Origin: the human T2T-CHM13v2.0 reference genome, Homo sapiens
Assembly (NCBI RefSeq): GCF_009914755.1
Contig: NC_060930.1
DNA: 64,000 bases
Reading direction: 5' to 3' (one strand)
Part shown: positions 15,853-30,520 of the stretch, in pieces
Position numbering within the stretch: position 1 is the first letter of the stretch
Layout of the letters: every line of letters begins with the position of its first letter
The notes under the pieces: generated by a model
Databases searched by the model: none
The model's input: the letters and a program-made list of their open reading frames with translations, nothing else
What the model was told of the DNA's origin: nothing
Program-made: the position numbers and the translations under genes

Positions 15853-17553
15853 ATATTTTTAAACTTTTATTTTAGGTTCGGGGGTACTTGTGCAGGTTTG
15901 TTATATAGGTAAACTCATGTCATGGGGGTTTGTTGTACAGATTATTCGTCAATCAGGTACTAAGCCTATTACCAATAGTTATTTTTCTGCTCCTCTTCCT
16001 CCTCCCACACTCCACCCTCAAGTAGGCCCCAGTGTCTGTTGCCCCCTCTTTGTGTCCATGTGTTCTCATCATTCAGCTTTCACTTATAACTGAGAACATG
16101 TGATGTTTGATTTTCTGTTCCTGCATTAGTTTGCTAAGGATGATGGCCTCCAGCTGCATCCATGTTCCTGCAAAGTACATTATCTCATTCTTTTTATGGC
16201 TGCGTAGTATTCCATGGTGTATATGTACCACCTTCTCTTTATCCAGTCTACCATTTATGAGCATTTAGGTTGATTCCATGTTTTTGCTATTGTGAGTAGT
16301 GCAGCAATAAACATAGAAGTGTAAGTGTCCTTTTGGTAGAATGATTTCCATTCCTTTGGGTATATACCCAGTAATGGGATTGCTGAGTTAAATGATAGTT
16401 CTGTTTTTAGCTCTTTGAGGAATCACCCACAGCATTCCACAAGGTTTGAACTAATTTACTCTCCCACCAACAGAGTATAAGTGTTCCATTTGCTCTGCAA
16501 CCTCACCAACATCTGTTATTTTTTGACTTTTTAATAATAACCATTCTGACTGGTATGAGATTGTATCTCATTGTGGTTTTGATTCACATTTCTCTAATGA
16601 TCAGTGATATTGAGCTTTTTTTCATATGCTTGTTGGCAACATGTATGCCTTCTTTTGAAAATTGTTCATGTCCTTTACCCACTTTTTAATGGAGTTGTTT
16701 GTTTTTTTCTTGTAAATTTAAGTTCCTTAAAGATGTTGGCTATTAGACCTTTGTTAGATGCATAGTTTGCAAATATTTTCTCCCATTCTGTAGTTTGCCT
16801 GTTTACTTTGTTGATAGTTTCTTCTTGTTTTTACTTTTACATGAATGTTTATAGCAACAATATTCACAAAAGTCAAAACATTAAAACAACCTAAATATTC
16901 ATCAACTGATTAACAGAAAAACAAAATGTGGCATATCCATACAAAGGAATATTATTCAGCCATAAAAAGAAATGAAGTACTGTCACATGCTACAATTTGG
17001 ATGAACTTTGATAACATTATGTTAAGGAAGCTATACACGAAAGGCCACATATTATATAATTGCATTACATGAAATTCCCAGAATACATAAATCCTTAAAG
17101 ACAGAAAGCAGATTAGTGGTTTATTAATATACATTATTATTAACTAAAGTCCATACTTATTTAGGTTTCCTTGGTTGTTACCTAATACCCTGTTTAAGAT
17201 ACCACGTTCAATTTATTCACCATTTCCCTTATTGTCGATACTTTATTTTGCTATGCAGAAGCTCTTAAGTTTAATTGGATCTCATTTGTCAATTTTTGCT
17301 TTTGTTGCAATTGCTTTTGGAGTCTTCATCATAAAATCTTTGCCAGGTTCCTAGTTCCCAAATGATATTGCCTAGGTTGTCTTCCAGGGTTGTTATAGTT
17401 TTGGGTTTTACATTTCTCTTTAATCCATCTTGAGTTGATTTTTTTATATGGTGTAAGGAAGGGGCCCAGTTTTAATCTTCTGCATATGGCCAACTGGTTA
17501 TCCCAGTGCCACTTATTAAATAGGGAGTCCTTTCCCCATTGCTTGTTTTTGTC
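15853..17553 (-). mobile_element. 5'-truncated L1PA (L1PA13-16-like) carrying an internal foreign insert
   Basis: 3'UTR plus ORF2 end; ~19-bp TSD aaaaaaagctatctatttt at 15834-15852 and 17556-17574. Confidence 0.9.
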
Positions 17554-17653
17554 AAAAAAAAAGCTATCTATTTTTAGAATAAACAATTCCCCCTTCATAA
17601 GGAAGTATTCTAGGTGGATAGATGAATTTTATGAAAGCACAAAATAACTATAC

Positions 17654-17727
17654 CTTTGTTATTCGAATCTGAAGAACATGAAAATCACCTCGGGTAACCT
17701 TTTATTGAATAGCAATAAGGTCAATGT
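17654..17727 (-). pseudogene. Pseudo-exon (74 nt)
   Basis: Poly-T acceptor ...ttttaag, donor aag|gtatag. Reads (D)IDLIAIQ*KVTRGDFHVLQIRITK with a phase-0 end. Confidence 0.6.
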
Positions 17728-17821
17728 CTTAAAAAAAAAAAAAGAAGTGTAACAGAGAAAGGGTAACAAATCGGGAGAAGCCAAATATAAAGTTCTAGAT
17801 GTTTATTTATATATCTAGCAC

Positions 17822-17865
17822 CTGCTACCGAGAAATTTTGAAGATCTCATTCCGTGCATACTATA
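17822..17865 (-). pseudogene. Pseudo-exon (44 nt)
   Basis: ggttgcttttag ... cag|gtgcta. Reads IVCTE*DLQNFSVA, ending in phase 1, which matches the next exon. Confidence 0.35.
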
Positions 17866-18132
17866 CTAAAAGCAACCATTTTATCACATATGCATTTAAA
17901 TTGTTGGTGCATTAGATAATACTCTTTTATTCCACTTGTTTTCTACACTCTAAGATTCTTGAGAGTGTAAAGTGTCACTAATCATCGTGTATATGGTGTA
18001 TGAATATGAAACTCTGTTAGCACACAGACAAGGGCAAATTTGTTTTATTCCATTATTTGTACTGTGACAGAGCAAAATTTACTTATCACTACAATGTGAG
18101 GATTTAACATTTTTCATTACACTCATCACTCT

Positions 18133-18161
18133 GTTGTGTGTGTGTGTGTGTGTGTGTGTGT
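18133..18161 (+). repeat. (TG)n microsatellite
   Basis: Direct inspection. Confidence 0.95.
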
Positions 18162-18164
18162 AAC

Positions 18165-18237
18165 CATTAATCTTTCCTAAAGTGGCCACAAGTATCTTTT
18201 TCAGTAGATGTTGTCATTCGATGTCTTTGCTTGATGC
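18165..18237 (-). pseudogene. Pseudo-exon
   Basis: Acceptor ttttattttaatgcag; reads ASSKDIE*QHLLKK (cf. MDIERLKVLK); donor weak. Confidence 0.4.
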
Positions 18238-18281
18238 CTGCATTAAAATAAAATGAATTGTGACAAAAGATTAATAGCTAA

Positions 18282-18602
<321 letters not shown>

Positions 18603-18868
18603 TAAACTGGCTTTCTTAAATTGAGTATACAAAAGTGTTAATTGCCCATTTACAAGCGTTACAGAACTGAACTCAAATGTGTGTGACTGCAGAAGTAGTT
18701 ATATATGTTGCTAGTTTATTTTTATGATTAGATTTTGAAGGAAAATGGCCCAGAAATTGTCCTACACAATACATGAGCAAAATAGTATTTGATAATTAAA
18801 ACAGAGAGTTTAGGATTTGACCATGTTATTCCTGACAACGTGTTAAAGTAAAAGGATGGCTTTCATAC

Positions 18869-18931
18869 CAGAAAACAGTTGTTCCCTGGGTGTTGCCAAT
18901 GAATCATTGAAAAAACACTGGATTTAAGGAG
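18869..18931 (-). pseudogene. Pseudo-exon (63 nt)
   Basis: ctgtttttag ... ctg|gtatga. Reads SLNPVFFQ*FIGNTQGTTVF(W), cf. RGS22 LNPVTSRQFQRF and FKKFIKGTLG. Confidence 0.55.
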
Positions 18932-19544
18932 CTAAAAACAGTGCCAGCTTTCTCATTTTGCTCTTTCTAGTATTCAGTGGGGGTAGTTACTGAATTTCCT
19001 AATTACGAAATGCTCATTCTTTTCAGTCTTGCTTACAGAAACGAGAGATTACTGAACTAATAAATTACACATTGCCCAAAAACATATAAACTTAAGAACA
19101 GAAATCTGTATTAGATTCTGTATTTAATGATGAGGAGTTAAACTAACAGTTTTAGCCTTGGAACACCAGAGAAAAATATCATGAGAGCTTGCCATAGGGA
19201 AGCACTAACTGAAAGTCATGTGTATGTATTCAGCGAAGAAAATCCCCATAGCAATGAGAAAATGTCGAGAATTTCATAGAGGAGGTCAAAGGTTTTCATT
19301 TCTATTATGCTTCCCTGTTGTTAGGGTTAATGTTGAACAGGATGGAATTTTTTACATGCAGTCACTTTAGGACTTTTATTCCAAGTTTTAAGATCATGGC
19401 TGTGAAACTTTTCTTAAATCTAAACTATTGAAAATTTATTTTGTAATACAAAATAATGTCTGAGGCAGAAGTTGAATTCTGTAAGTAATTAGGTCACTGA
19501 ATTGTTAGTTAAATGTGCCCACAATTTTGTGCTTCCAGTTTCAC

Positions 19545-19800
19545 CCGAAATCAACTTTAAACAGGTCAACAAAACAATTGAAGAGAAGTGTCTGGAGTAC
19601 TTCATACGAAGACAGAAATCCCCTGGAGTAAAGTGGAAAGAGACCTGTCTCTATAAACAACTGAAATAGCTTAATTTTGAAAGCAACAAAATTATTTTTT
19701 ATGAAGAAGAAAAGTCTCCACTGCATTCTTCACAAAATAATTCCTAGTATTTCTTAATGACTATTAAAAAAATCTAACTACTTATATTACAATACGTACT
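19545..19800 (-). pseudogene. RGS22-like domain remnant downstream of the L1MA insertion
   Basis: IKKY*ELFCEECSGDF (cf. LQAYHQLFYQETLQPF), then after a frameshift KLFQLFIETG...YEVLQTLLFNCFVDLFKV (cf. YLFATYVAPS...EIYMKIQPPFEDLFDT). Donor cgg|gtgaaa. Confidence 0.6.
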
Positions 19801-19995
19801 GGAAATCTTTTTATTATTTTTAATTTTGTAGGTACATTGGTGTATATATTTACAGGGTACATTAGAACTTTGATACAGTCATGAAATAAGCAATAATCAC
19901 ATCATGGAAAATGGGGTATCCATCCCCTCAAGCATTTATTCTTTGTGTTGCAAACAATCCAATCATACTATTTTAGTTATTTTTAAATGAATAAT

Positions 19996-20711
<716 letters not shown>

Positions 20712-20749
20712 CTAGGTTTTATTCATTCTCTCTCTCTCTCTCTCTCTAG

Positions 20750-21145
<396 letters not shown>

Positions 21146-24100
21146 TAAATGAGAATATATGAAGTTTGTCTTTGTGTCTGACTTATCTCACTTAACATAA
21201 TGACCTCCAGTTCCCTCCATGTTGTTGCAAATGACAGGATCTCATTCTTTTTTATGACTGAATAGTACTTCATTGTGTATATGTACCACATGTTTTATCC
21301 AATCATCTGCTGATGGACATTTAGGTTGCTTCCAAATCTTGGCTATTGTGAACAGTGCTGCAACAAACAGCATGGCAGATATCTCTTCAATAAACTGATT
21401 TCCTTTCTTTTGGGTATATACTCAGCAGTGGGATTGATGGATCAGATTGTAGCTCTATTTTAGTTTTGTGAGGAACCTCCAAACTTCTCCATAGTGTTTG
21501 CACTGATGTACATTTCTACCAACATTGTACAAGGGTTTCCTTTTCTCCATGTTGTCACCGCCATTTGTTATTGCCTGTCTTTTGGATAAAAGCCATTTTA
21601 ACGGGGATGAGATGATGTCTTATTGTAGTTTTGATTTGCATTTCGCTGATGATCAATGATATTGAGCACCTTTTCATATGCCTGCTTGCCATTTGTATGT
21701 CTTTTTTTCAAAAATGTTTATTCAAATATTTTGCCCATTTAAAATCTGATTATTAGATTTTTTTTCCTATGGAGTTGTTTAAGCTCCTAATGTATTCTGG
21801 TTATCTTGTCAGATGGTTAGTTTGCCAATATTTTCCCTCATTCGGTGAGTTGTTTCTTTGCTTTATTTTTTCCTTCACTGTGCAGAAGCTTTTTAACTTG
21901 ATGTGATCCCATTTGTCCATTTTTGCTATGGTTGCCTGTGTTGTGGGGTACTATTCAAGAATTTTTTGCCCAAGCCAATGTTTCATAGTTTGAGGTCTTA
22001 GATTTAAGTCTTTAATTCATTTTGGTTTGGATTTTGTATATGGTGATAAGTAGGGGTCTAGTTTCATTATTCTGCATATGGATATCCAGTTTTCCAGTAC
22101 CATTTATAGAAGAGACTGTCTTTTCCCCAATGTATATTTTTGGCATCTTTGTTGAAAATAAGCGCACTGTAGATGCAGGGATTTATTTCTGGGTTCTCTA
22201 TTCTGTTCCATTGTTCTATGTGTCTGTTTTTATACCAGTCCCATGCTGTTTTGGTTACTATAGGTGTGTAGTATAATTTGAAGTCAGGTAATGTGATTTC
22301 TCCTGTTTTGTTCTTTTTGCTCAGTATAGCTTTGGCTATTTGGGGTCTTTTGTGGTTCTGTATAAATTTTAGGATTGATTTTTCTATTTCTGTGAAGGAT
22401 GTTATTGGTATTTTGATAAGTATTGCATTAAATCTGTAGATTGGTTTGGATAGTATGTACATTTTAACAATATTGATTCTTCCGATTCATGAACATGGAC
22501 TGTCTTTAGATTTTTTGTGTGTCCTCTTCAATTTTTTTCATCGGGTTTTATCGTTTTTATTGTAGAGATCTTTCACTTCTTTGGTTAATTCTTAGGTACT
22601 TAATTTTATTTTGTGGCTATTGCACATGGGATTACTTTTTTTATTTCTTTTTCAGATTGTTCACTCTTGGCATATAGCATTGCCACTAGTTTTTGTGTGT
22701 TCATTTTGTATCCTGCAGCTTTACTGAATTTGTTTATCAATTCGAATATGTTTCTGGTGGAATCTTCAGGTTTTTCCATGTATAAGATCATATTATCTGA
22801 AAACAAGGATAATTTGACTTCTTCCTTTCCAACTTGGATGCCCTTTATTTCTTTGCCTTGTCTGATTGCTCTAGCTAGAACTTCCAGTGCCATATTAAAT
22901 AATAGTGGTGAAAGTAGCATTCTTGTCTTGTTCCAGATCTAAGAGGAAAGGCTTAGTTTTTCCCTATTCAGTAAGATACTAGTTGTGGGTCTGTCGTAAA
23001 TGGATTTTATTGTGTTGAGGTATGTTCCTTCTATGCCTAGTTTGTTAGGGTTTTTATCATGAAGGGATGTTGAACTTTATCAAATGCTTTTTCAATATCA
23101 ATTGAAATGATCATATGGTTTTTAATCCTTCATTCTGTTGATATGATGTATCACAATGATTGATTTGTGTAGACTGAACCGTAATTGGCATCTCTGAGAT
23201 AAATCCCACTTGGTCATGATGACTAATCTTTCTAATGTATTGTTGAATTCAGTTTGATAGTATTTTGTTGAGGATTTTTGAATTAATATCCATCTCATGT
23301 ATTGGCCTGTAGTTTTCTTTTATTGATGTATCTTTGTCTCATTTTGGTATCAGGGTAATACTGGCCTCAGAGAATGAGTTTGGCAGTATTCTCTTCTCCT
23401 CTGTTTTTCAGAATATTTTGAGTAGGATTGGTATTAATTCTTTAAATGTTTGGTATAATTCAACAGTGAAGCTATTGGATCCTGGGATTTTCTGTACTGA
23501 GAGATTTTTCATTACAGTTTTAATCTCACTATTTGTTATGGGTCTGTTTAGGTTTTGGATTTCCTCATGGTTCAATCTTGGTAGATTGTGTGAGTTTAGG
23601 AAATTATACATTTCCTCTAGATTTTCAAATTTTTTAGATTGTATGAATTTAGGAAATTATACATTTCCTCTAGATTAGCAATTTTTTCATATAGTTGTTC
23701 ATAGTAGCCACTAATGATCCTTTGAATTTCTGCAGTATCAGTTGCAATGTCTTCTTTTTCATCTTTGATTTTATTTATTTGGATCTTCTCTTTCTTTTTT
23801 TCTTAGTTAGCCTGGCTAACCATTTCTCAATTTTGTTAATTTAAAAAAAATTTTTAATTCATTAATTTCTGCTCTGGTCTTTCTTTCTTTTCTTGTACTA
23901 AATTTATGGTTTGGTTTTCTCTTGCTTTTCTAGTTCCCTGGTCTTTATTTTGTACTAACTTTTTGATTTGGTTTGGTTTGCTCTTTCTTGTCTAGCTCTC
24001 TGGTCTTTATTATTTATTTTCTTGTGCTAACTTTTTGGTTTGGTTTGCTTTTGCTTTTCTAGTTCTTTAAGATGCATTGTTAGGTTATTTATTTGAATTT

Positions 24101-27100
24101 TTTCTCCTTTAGTGATGTAGACACTTAAAAATTTTTTTCTTATTACTGCTTTTGGTGTATCCCATAGGTTTTGATATGTTATGTTTTCACTGTAATTTCT
24201 TTCAAGAAATTTTTCAGTTTCCCTCTTAATTTCTTCATTGACCCGCTGGTCATTCAGGAGCATATTGTTTAATTTCCATGTGTTTGCATAGTTTCCAAAA
24301 TTCCTCTTGTTATTGATTTCTAGTTTATTCCATTGTGGTCAGAGAAGATGCTTGATATTATTTCAATTTTTCGGATGTTCTAAGATTTGTTTTGTGACCT
24401 AGCATATGGTCTATCCTTGAGGATAATCCGTGTGATGAGGGGAAGAATGTGTATACTGCAGCCTTTGGATGAGATGTTCGGTAAATATCTATTAGGTCCA
24501 TTTGTTCTATAGTGCAGATTAATTCCAAAGTTTCCTTGTTGATTTTCTGTCTGGAAGATCTGTCCAGTGCTGAAAGTGAAGTGTTGAAGTCTCCAGATCT
24601 TACTGTATTGAGGTCTATCTTTGTCTTTAGCTCTAATAATATTTGTTTTATATATCTGGGTGCGCCAGTGTTAGGTGCAGATATATTTATTTTAATTGTT
24701 ATATCTTCTTGCTGAATTGACCCCTTTATCATTATATAATGACCTGCTTCATCTCTTTTTATAGTTTTTATCTTCTTGTCTATTTTGTCTGAATAAGTGT
24801 AGCTACTCCTGGTGTTTTTTGATTTCCATTGGCATGGAATATTTTTCTCCATCCCTTTATTTTCAGCTTATGTGTGTCTTTATAAATGAAGTTTATTTCT
24901 TGTAGGCAAGAGATTATTGAGTCTTACTTTTTTAATCTATGCAGCCACTCTATGTCTTTTGACTGGAGAGTTTGGTCCATTTACATTCAATGTTATTATT
25001 GATAAGTAAGGACTTACTCCTGCCATTTGGTTATTTGTTTTCTGGTTGTTTTGTGGTCTTCTCTTCCTTCTTTCTTTCCTTCTTCCCTGTCTTTCTTTTA
25101 GTGAAGGTGACTTTCTCTGGTGGTATGAACTAATTTTTTGTTTTTTACATTTTGTGTATCTGTTGTGTGATTTTCACTTTTAGGTTGCCATGAGACTTGC
25201 AAATACTATTTTATAACCCATTATTTTAAACTAAGGACAACTTAACACTGGTTGTATAAACAGACAAATAAGTAAAAAAAATAGAAAACTAATTAAAAGT
25301 CTGCACTTTAACTTTGTCCCCCCCTTTTTAACTTTTTGTTATTTCTATTTATGTCTTACTATACTGCCTATGTCTTGAAAAGTTGTTATAGTTATTATTT
25401 TTTATTGGTTCATAGTTTAGTCTTTCTACTTAAGAATATTTTACACATTACAGTTACAGTGTTATAATAATATTTGTTTTTCTGTGTGCTATTACCAGTG
25501 AGTTTTGTACCTCTTTATGAATTCTTACTGCTCATTAACATCTTTTTCTTTTAGATTGATGTACAACATTTAGCATTTCTTATAGAACAGGTCTGGCATT
25601 GATGAAATCCCTCAGCTTTTGCTTGTCTGAGAAGGTCTTTATTTCTCCTTCATGTTTGAAGGATATGTTCTCTGTATACTATTCTAGGGTAAAGGTTCCT
25701 TTCCTTAAGCACTTTAAACATGTCACACAACTCTCCCATGGCCTGTAAGGCTTCCACTGAAAAGTCTGCTGCCAGACATATTGGAGCTCCATTGTATCTT
25801 ATTTGCTTCTTTTCTCTTGCTGCTTTTAGGATACTTTATTTATCTTTTAGCTTTGGGACTTTTATTATTAAATGCCTTCAGTTAGTCTTCTCTGAGTTCA
25901 ATATGCTTCATGTTCTATAACCTCCTTCTACTTGCATATGGGTATCTTTCTGTAGGTTTAGAAAGTTCTCTGATATTATCCTTTTAAATAAACTTTTTAC
26001 CCCATCTCTTTCTCTACCTCCTCTTTAAGGTCAATAACTCTTAGATTTGCCCTTTTAAGGTTATTTTCTAGATCTCGTAGTTGTGCTTAATTCTTTTTTA
26101 TTTTTTTCTTTTGTCTCCTCTGACTGTGTATTTTCAAAGATCCTGTCTTCAATCTCACGAATTCATTCTTCTGCTTGACCAGTTCTGCTATTAAAGGACT
26201 CTGACATGTTCTTCAGTATGCCAGTTGCATTTTTCAGCTCCAGAATTTCTGCTTAATTCTTTGTAATTATTTCAATCTCTTTGTTACATTTATCTGATAG
26301 AATTCTGAATTCTTTCTATGTGTTATCTTGGATTTCTTTGAGTTTCCTCAACACAGCTTTTTTGAATTCTCTGTCTAAAAGGCTACATATCCCTTTTCTC
26401 CAGCATTGGTTCCTGGTGCCTTATTTAGTTCATATGGTGAGGTCATGTTTTCCTAGATTGTCCTGATGCTTGTTCATTGGTGTCTGGGCATTGAAGAGTT
26501 AGGCATTTATTGTAGTATTTGCAGTCTGGGCTTGTTTGTACCTGCCCTTCCTGGGAAGGCTTTCCAGGTATTTGAAAAGATTGGGGCCCCAAATTCAATA
26601 ATGCTGTGGTTCTTGAAGATTCACAGAGTGACCGCTTGGTGATCCTGGATAAGATCTGGAAGAATTCTCTGAATTACCAGGCTCAGACTCTTGTTCTTTT
26701 CCCTTACTTTCTCCAAAACAAATAGAGTCTTCCTCTCTATGCTGAGCCTCCTACAACTAGGGGTGGCAAGACAAAGCACCCCAGTGGCCACCACCACTGG
26801 GGCTGTACTGGGTCAGACCTGAAGCCAGCACATCACTGGCACTTGCCTAAGGCCTGCTGTAACCACTACCTGGCTGCCACCTAAGTTCACTCAAGTCCCT
26901 AGGGTTATACAATCAGCAAGTGGCAAAGCTAGCCAGATTTTTGTCCCTCCCCTCAGGGCAGTGACTTTCCCCTGGTCCTGGGTGGGTCCAGAGATGCTGT
27001 CTGGGAGCCAGAGATTGATGTCAAAAATCTTGGAAATTTACTTGGTGTTCTAGTCCACTGTGGCCAAGCTGGCACTCAAACCACACAAGACTACACCTTT

Positions 27101-27720
27101 CCCACTCATCTCTCCTCTTTCCACAGGCTGAGGAGCCTCTCCATATGGCCACCACCATCATCGACCCACAGGGGTTTCTGCCAGGCCACCACCAGTGTTC
27201 ACTTAAAGCCCAGGGGCTCTTCAGTCAGCTTGTGATTAAGGGCTTCTCGGGCTGTCAGGCCCGAGACTCACTGTTCAGGGCAGTGGGCACCCTGTCTGGC
27301 CCCAGGGCAGGTTTATAAATGCTAACCAAGAACTTAGGTCTAGACTTGGGAACCACAAGGGCTTGCTTGGTGCTCTACCCCACTGTAACTAAGCTAGTGC
27401 CTGAGGTCCCAGACAGAGTCCCCTTTATTTTTCCCTCGCTTTTCTCAAACAGAAGGAGTCTTTCCACCATAGCCACCACAGCTGTGAATGTGCTGGATCA
27501 CACCTGAAAGCAGCAAGTCTCAGAATCCAAGGCCCATGGCATATTACCTGGGTATTGCTTTGGTCATTCAGGGCCCAGGAGCTCTTTAGTCATCAGGTGA
27601 TGAATCCTGCTAGGTGTCTGCTATGACAAGGCAGCAGAGTTCAATGTAAAGCCCCCCATTGCTGCCCTCTCCCTCTCCCAAAAACATAGATTTCTCCATG
27701 CCACCTACCCATTGCCAGGA

Positions 27721-27993
27721 ATACTATGTGTAGTTCTTTAATATGGGTAATGGGGTGCTGTAGTAAACTAGTTTGATTAAAGATGATTGATTGAAACAAT
27801 TTTATCTTGTGGAAAATTGATTTTGGGGCTCCAAAAGAGATGACCTATGTAGCATACGTTTTATTTCAAGACAATTTGGCTATGTCCTTCTTGTCTGATG
27901 AGATTTTGTATTGTTTTGTTTGGTGTTTGCTGTTACTGTATCACCAGAAATTTTGTTGAACTTGAAACTTTGATTCAGTTTAAATTTTATGGT
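27721..27993 (-). pseudogene. Pseudo-exon part upstream of the L1MA insertion
   Basis: Acceptor ttttctttcaaaataag. Reads TIKFKLNQSFK..., then a ~41-codon open frame ending SLLQHPITHIKELHIV at the L1 junction (resembles the RGS helix-1 LLxxP motif). Confidence 0.35.
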
Positions 27994-28009
27994 CTTATTT
28001 TGAAAGAAA

Positions 28010-28027
28010 ATATGTATGTATGTATGA

Positions 28028-28059
<32 letters not shown>

Positions 28060-28100
28060 CACACACACATATATGATATATACATGTATATATATCATAG
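28010..28100. repeat. Compound (TG)(TA)(CA) microsatellite
   Basis: Direct inspection. Confidence 0.9.
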
Positions 28101-30430
28101 GTAGATATTACTTGTCATCTTAAAAATAGCTCAGAAATTATTCTACTTTGAAACATTTTCTTTTGTCAAATCTCAGAAGAAAGTATTTATATTTTAATCT
28201 ATTTTTTCTTGGTGAATAGTAGGCCAAGTGACATTTATTGCAAATATAGCAGATATAAATAAATTAAAATGAACAGAGTTAATTAGGTTCAAGCATATAA
28301 CATACTGGTATCCATAAACATTTGAAAGTTCCCACTGCTGAATAAACATACAGCCAAATAAAACCAAGTTACGGTTTTACAACTTCCTGTGTTTATCATA
28401 TTAAGTGTTAAAGCTTACATATGAAAAAGCACTTTTAATGGATTAAATATGAACATAATGGCATATTTATATTAGATTTCTATACTTCCCCCCTCTAAAA
28501 TAATTAAAATTCAGGACAAATACTTTAAAATCAACAAAGTGTAAGGAAGGGGAAGTAGAGCTTAACAATTACTAGAAAAGATTCCTTTCTTTAAAGACTT
28601 ACAAGCAGGTATCCCTAGCAGGCAAAAACATACACAAACACACACCCACACGTGCCCTCCATCAACAACTGCTGCCCTACCTTATAGACTAATTCTGTTC
28701 TTGGCAGATGGCCATCTGTTTCTGGCCTTGGGCCTTGACATTGACCTTAAAAAAGGAAACAGATGACTGTAGGAAATAGGTCCAAGAAGATGTAGGACTA
28801 AATTTTCTAAATAGTCCAAAGTCCTAGGAAAAGAAAGACATTCAAAAGAGAGTTGGTACCAATCCTACTGAAATTATTCCAAAAGATAGAAAAAGAGGGA
28901 ATCCTCCTTAATTCATGTTATAAAGCCAGTATTACCCTAATTCCAAAAACAAGAAAGGACATAACCCAAAAAGAAAACTACAGACCAATATCCCTGATGA
29001 ACATACATGCAAAAATCCTCAACAAAATACCAACTAACTGACTCCAGCAGCATATAAAAAGATAACACATCATGATCAAGTGTGTTTCATACCAGGGATG
29101 CAGGGACAGTTTAACATATGGAGGTCAATAAATGTGATGCACCACATAAACAGAATTAAAAACAAAAATTATATGATCATCTCAAAAGATGCATAAAAAG
29201 CATTTGACAAAATCCAGAATCCCTTTATGATTAAAACCCTCAGCAAAATTGGCATAGAAGGAATATACCTCAAGGTAATAAAGGCCATCTATGACAAACC
29301 CACATCCAACATTATACTAAATGGGGAAAAGTTGAAAGCATTTGCCCTGAGAACTGGAACAAGACAAGGATGCCCACTTTCACCACTTCTATTCAACATA
29401 GCACTGGAAGTCCTAGCCAGAGCAATCAGACAAGAGAAATAAATAAAAGACATCTAAATCAGTAAAGAGGAAGTCAAATTTTCACGGTTCACTGATGATA
29501 TGATCGTATACTTAGTAACCTCTAAAAACTCATCAAAAAAAGCTCCCAGATTTGATAAATGAATTCAGCAAAGTTTCAGGATACAAAATAAATGATCACA
29601 AACCAGTAGCGCTGCTATACACCAACAGCGACCAAGCTGAGAATCAAATCAAGAACTCAACCTCTTTTACAACAGCTGCAAAAAAAATAAAATACTTAGG
29701 AATATACCTAACAAAGGAGGTGAAAGATCTCTACAAGGAAAGCTACAAAACACTGCTGAAAGAAATCACAGGTGATACAAACAAATGGAAACACATCCCA
29801 TGCTTATGGATGGGTAGGATCAATGTTGTGAAAATGACCATACTGCCAAAAGCAATCTATAAATTCAATGAAATTCTCATCAAAATACTATCATCATTTT
29901 TTCACAGAACTAGAAAAGCTATCCTAAAATTCATATGGAATAAAAAAAAAAACAGCCCACATATCCAAAGCAAGACTAAGAAAAAAGGACAAATCTGGAG
30001 GCATCACATTACCCAACTTCAAACGATTAATATACTATAAAGCCATAGTCACCAAAATAGTGTGCTGCTGGTATAAAGATGGGCATGTAGACCAATGGAA
30101 GAGAACAGAGAACCAAGAAATAAAGCCAAATACGTATAGCCAACTGATCTTTGACAAAGCAAACAAAAACATAAAGTGGGGAAAGGACACCCTATTCAAC
30201 AAATGGTGCTGGGATAATTGGCAAGCCACATGTAGAAGAATGAAACTGGATCCTCATCTCTCACTGTATACAAAAATCAACTCAAGATGGATCAAAGACT
30301 TAACTAAGACCTGAAAACATAAAAATTCTAGAAAATAACATTGGAAAAACTTCCAGACATTGGCTTAGGCAAAGAGTTCATGACCAAGAACCCAAAAGCA
30401 AATGCAACAAAAACAAAGATAAATAAATGA

Positions 30431-30520
30431 GGCACATGTATACATATGTAACAAATCTGCACGTTGTGCACATGTACCCTAAAACTTAAAGTATAGTAAT
30501 AATAAAATTAAAAAAAAGAA
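30431..30520 (+). mobile_element. Tiny L1PA3/4-like 3' end inserted in L1PB1
   Basis: ggcacatgtatacatatgtaacaaatctgcacgttgtgcacatgtaccctaaaacttaaagtat plus tail; TSD-like aaataaat(t)gag. Confidence 0.88.

Noticed and set aside
19100-19314. Minus-strand block GSIIEMKTFDLLYEILD / RHFLIAMGIFFAEYI
   Set aside because: May belong to the fossil gene, but frame and boundaries are ambiguous.
19539-19670. Plus-strand exon candidate after ttttgtgcttccag (SPEINFKQVNKTIEEKCLEYF...)
   Set aside because: No partner exons or homology; probably the antisense shadow of the minus-strand RGS-like block.
22067-30314. L1 ORF2 endonuclease/RT-like ORFs
   Set aside because: Fragmented by stops and frameshifts; inactive L1 copies, not host genes.
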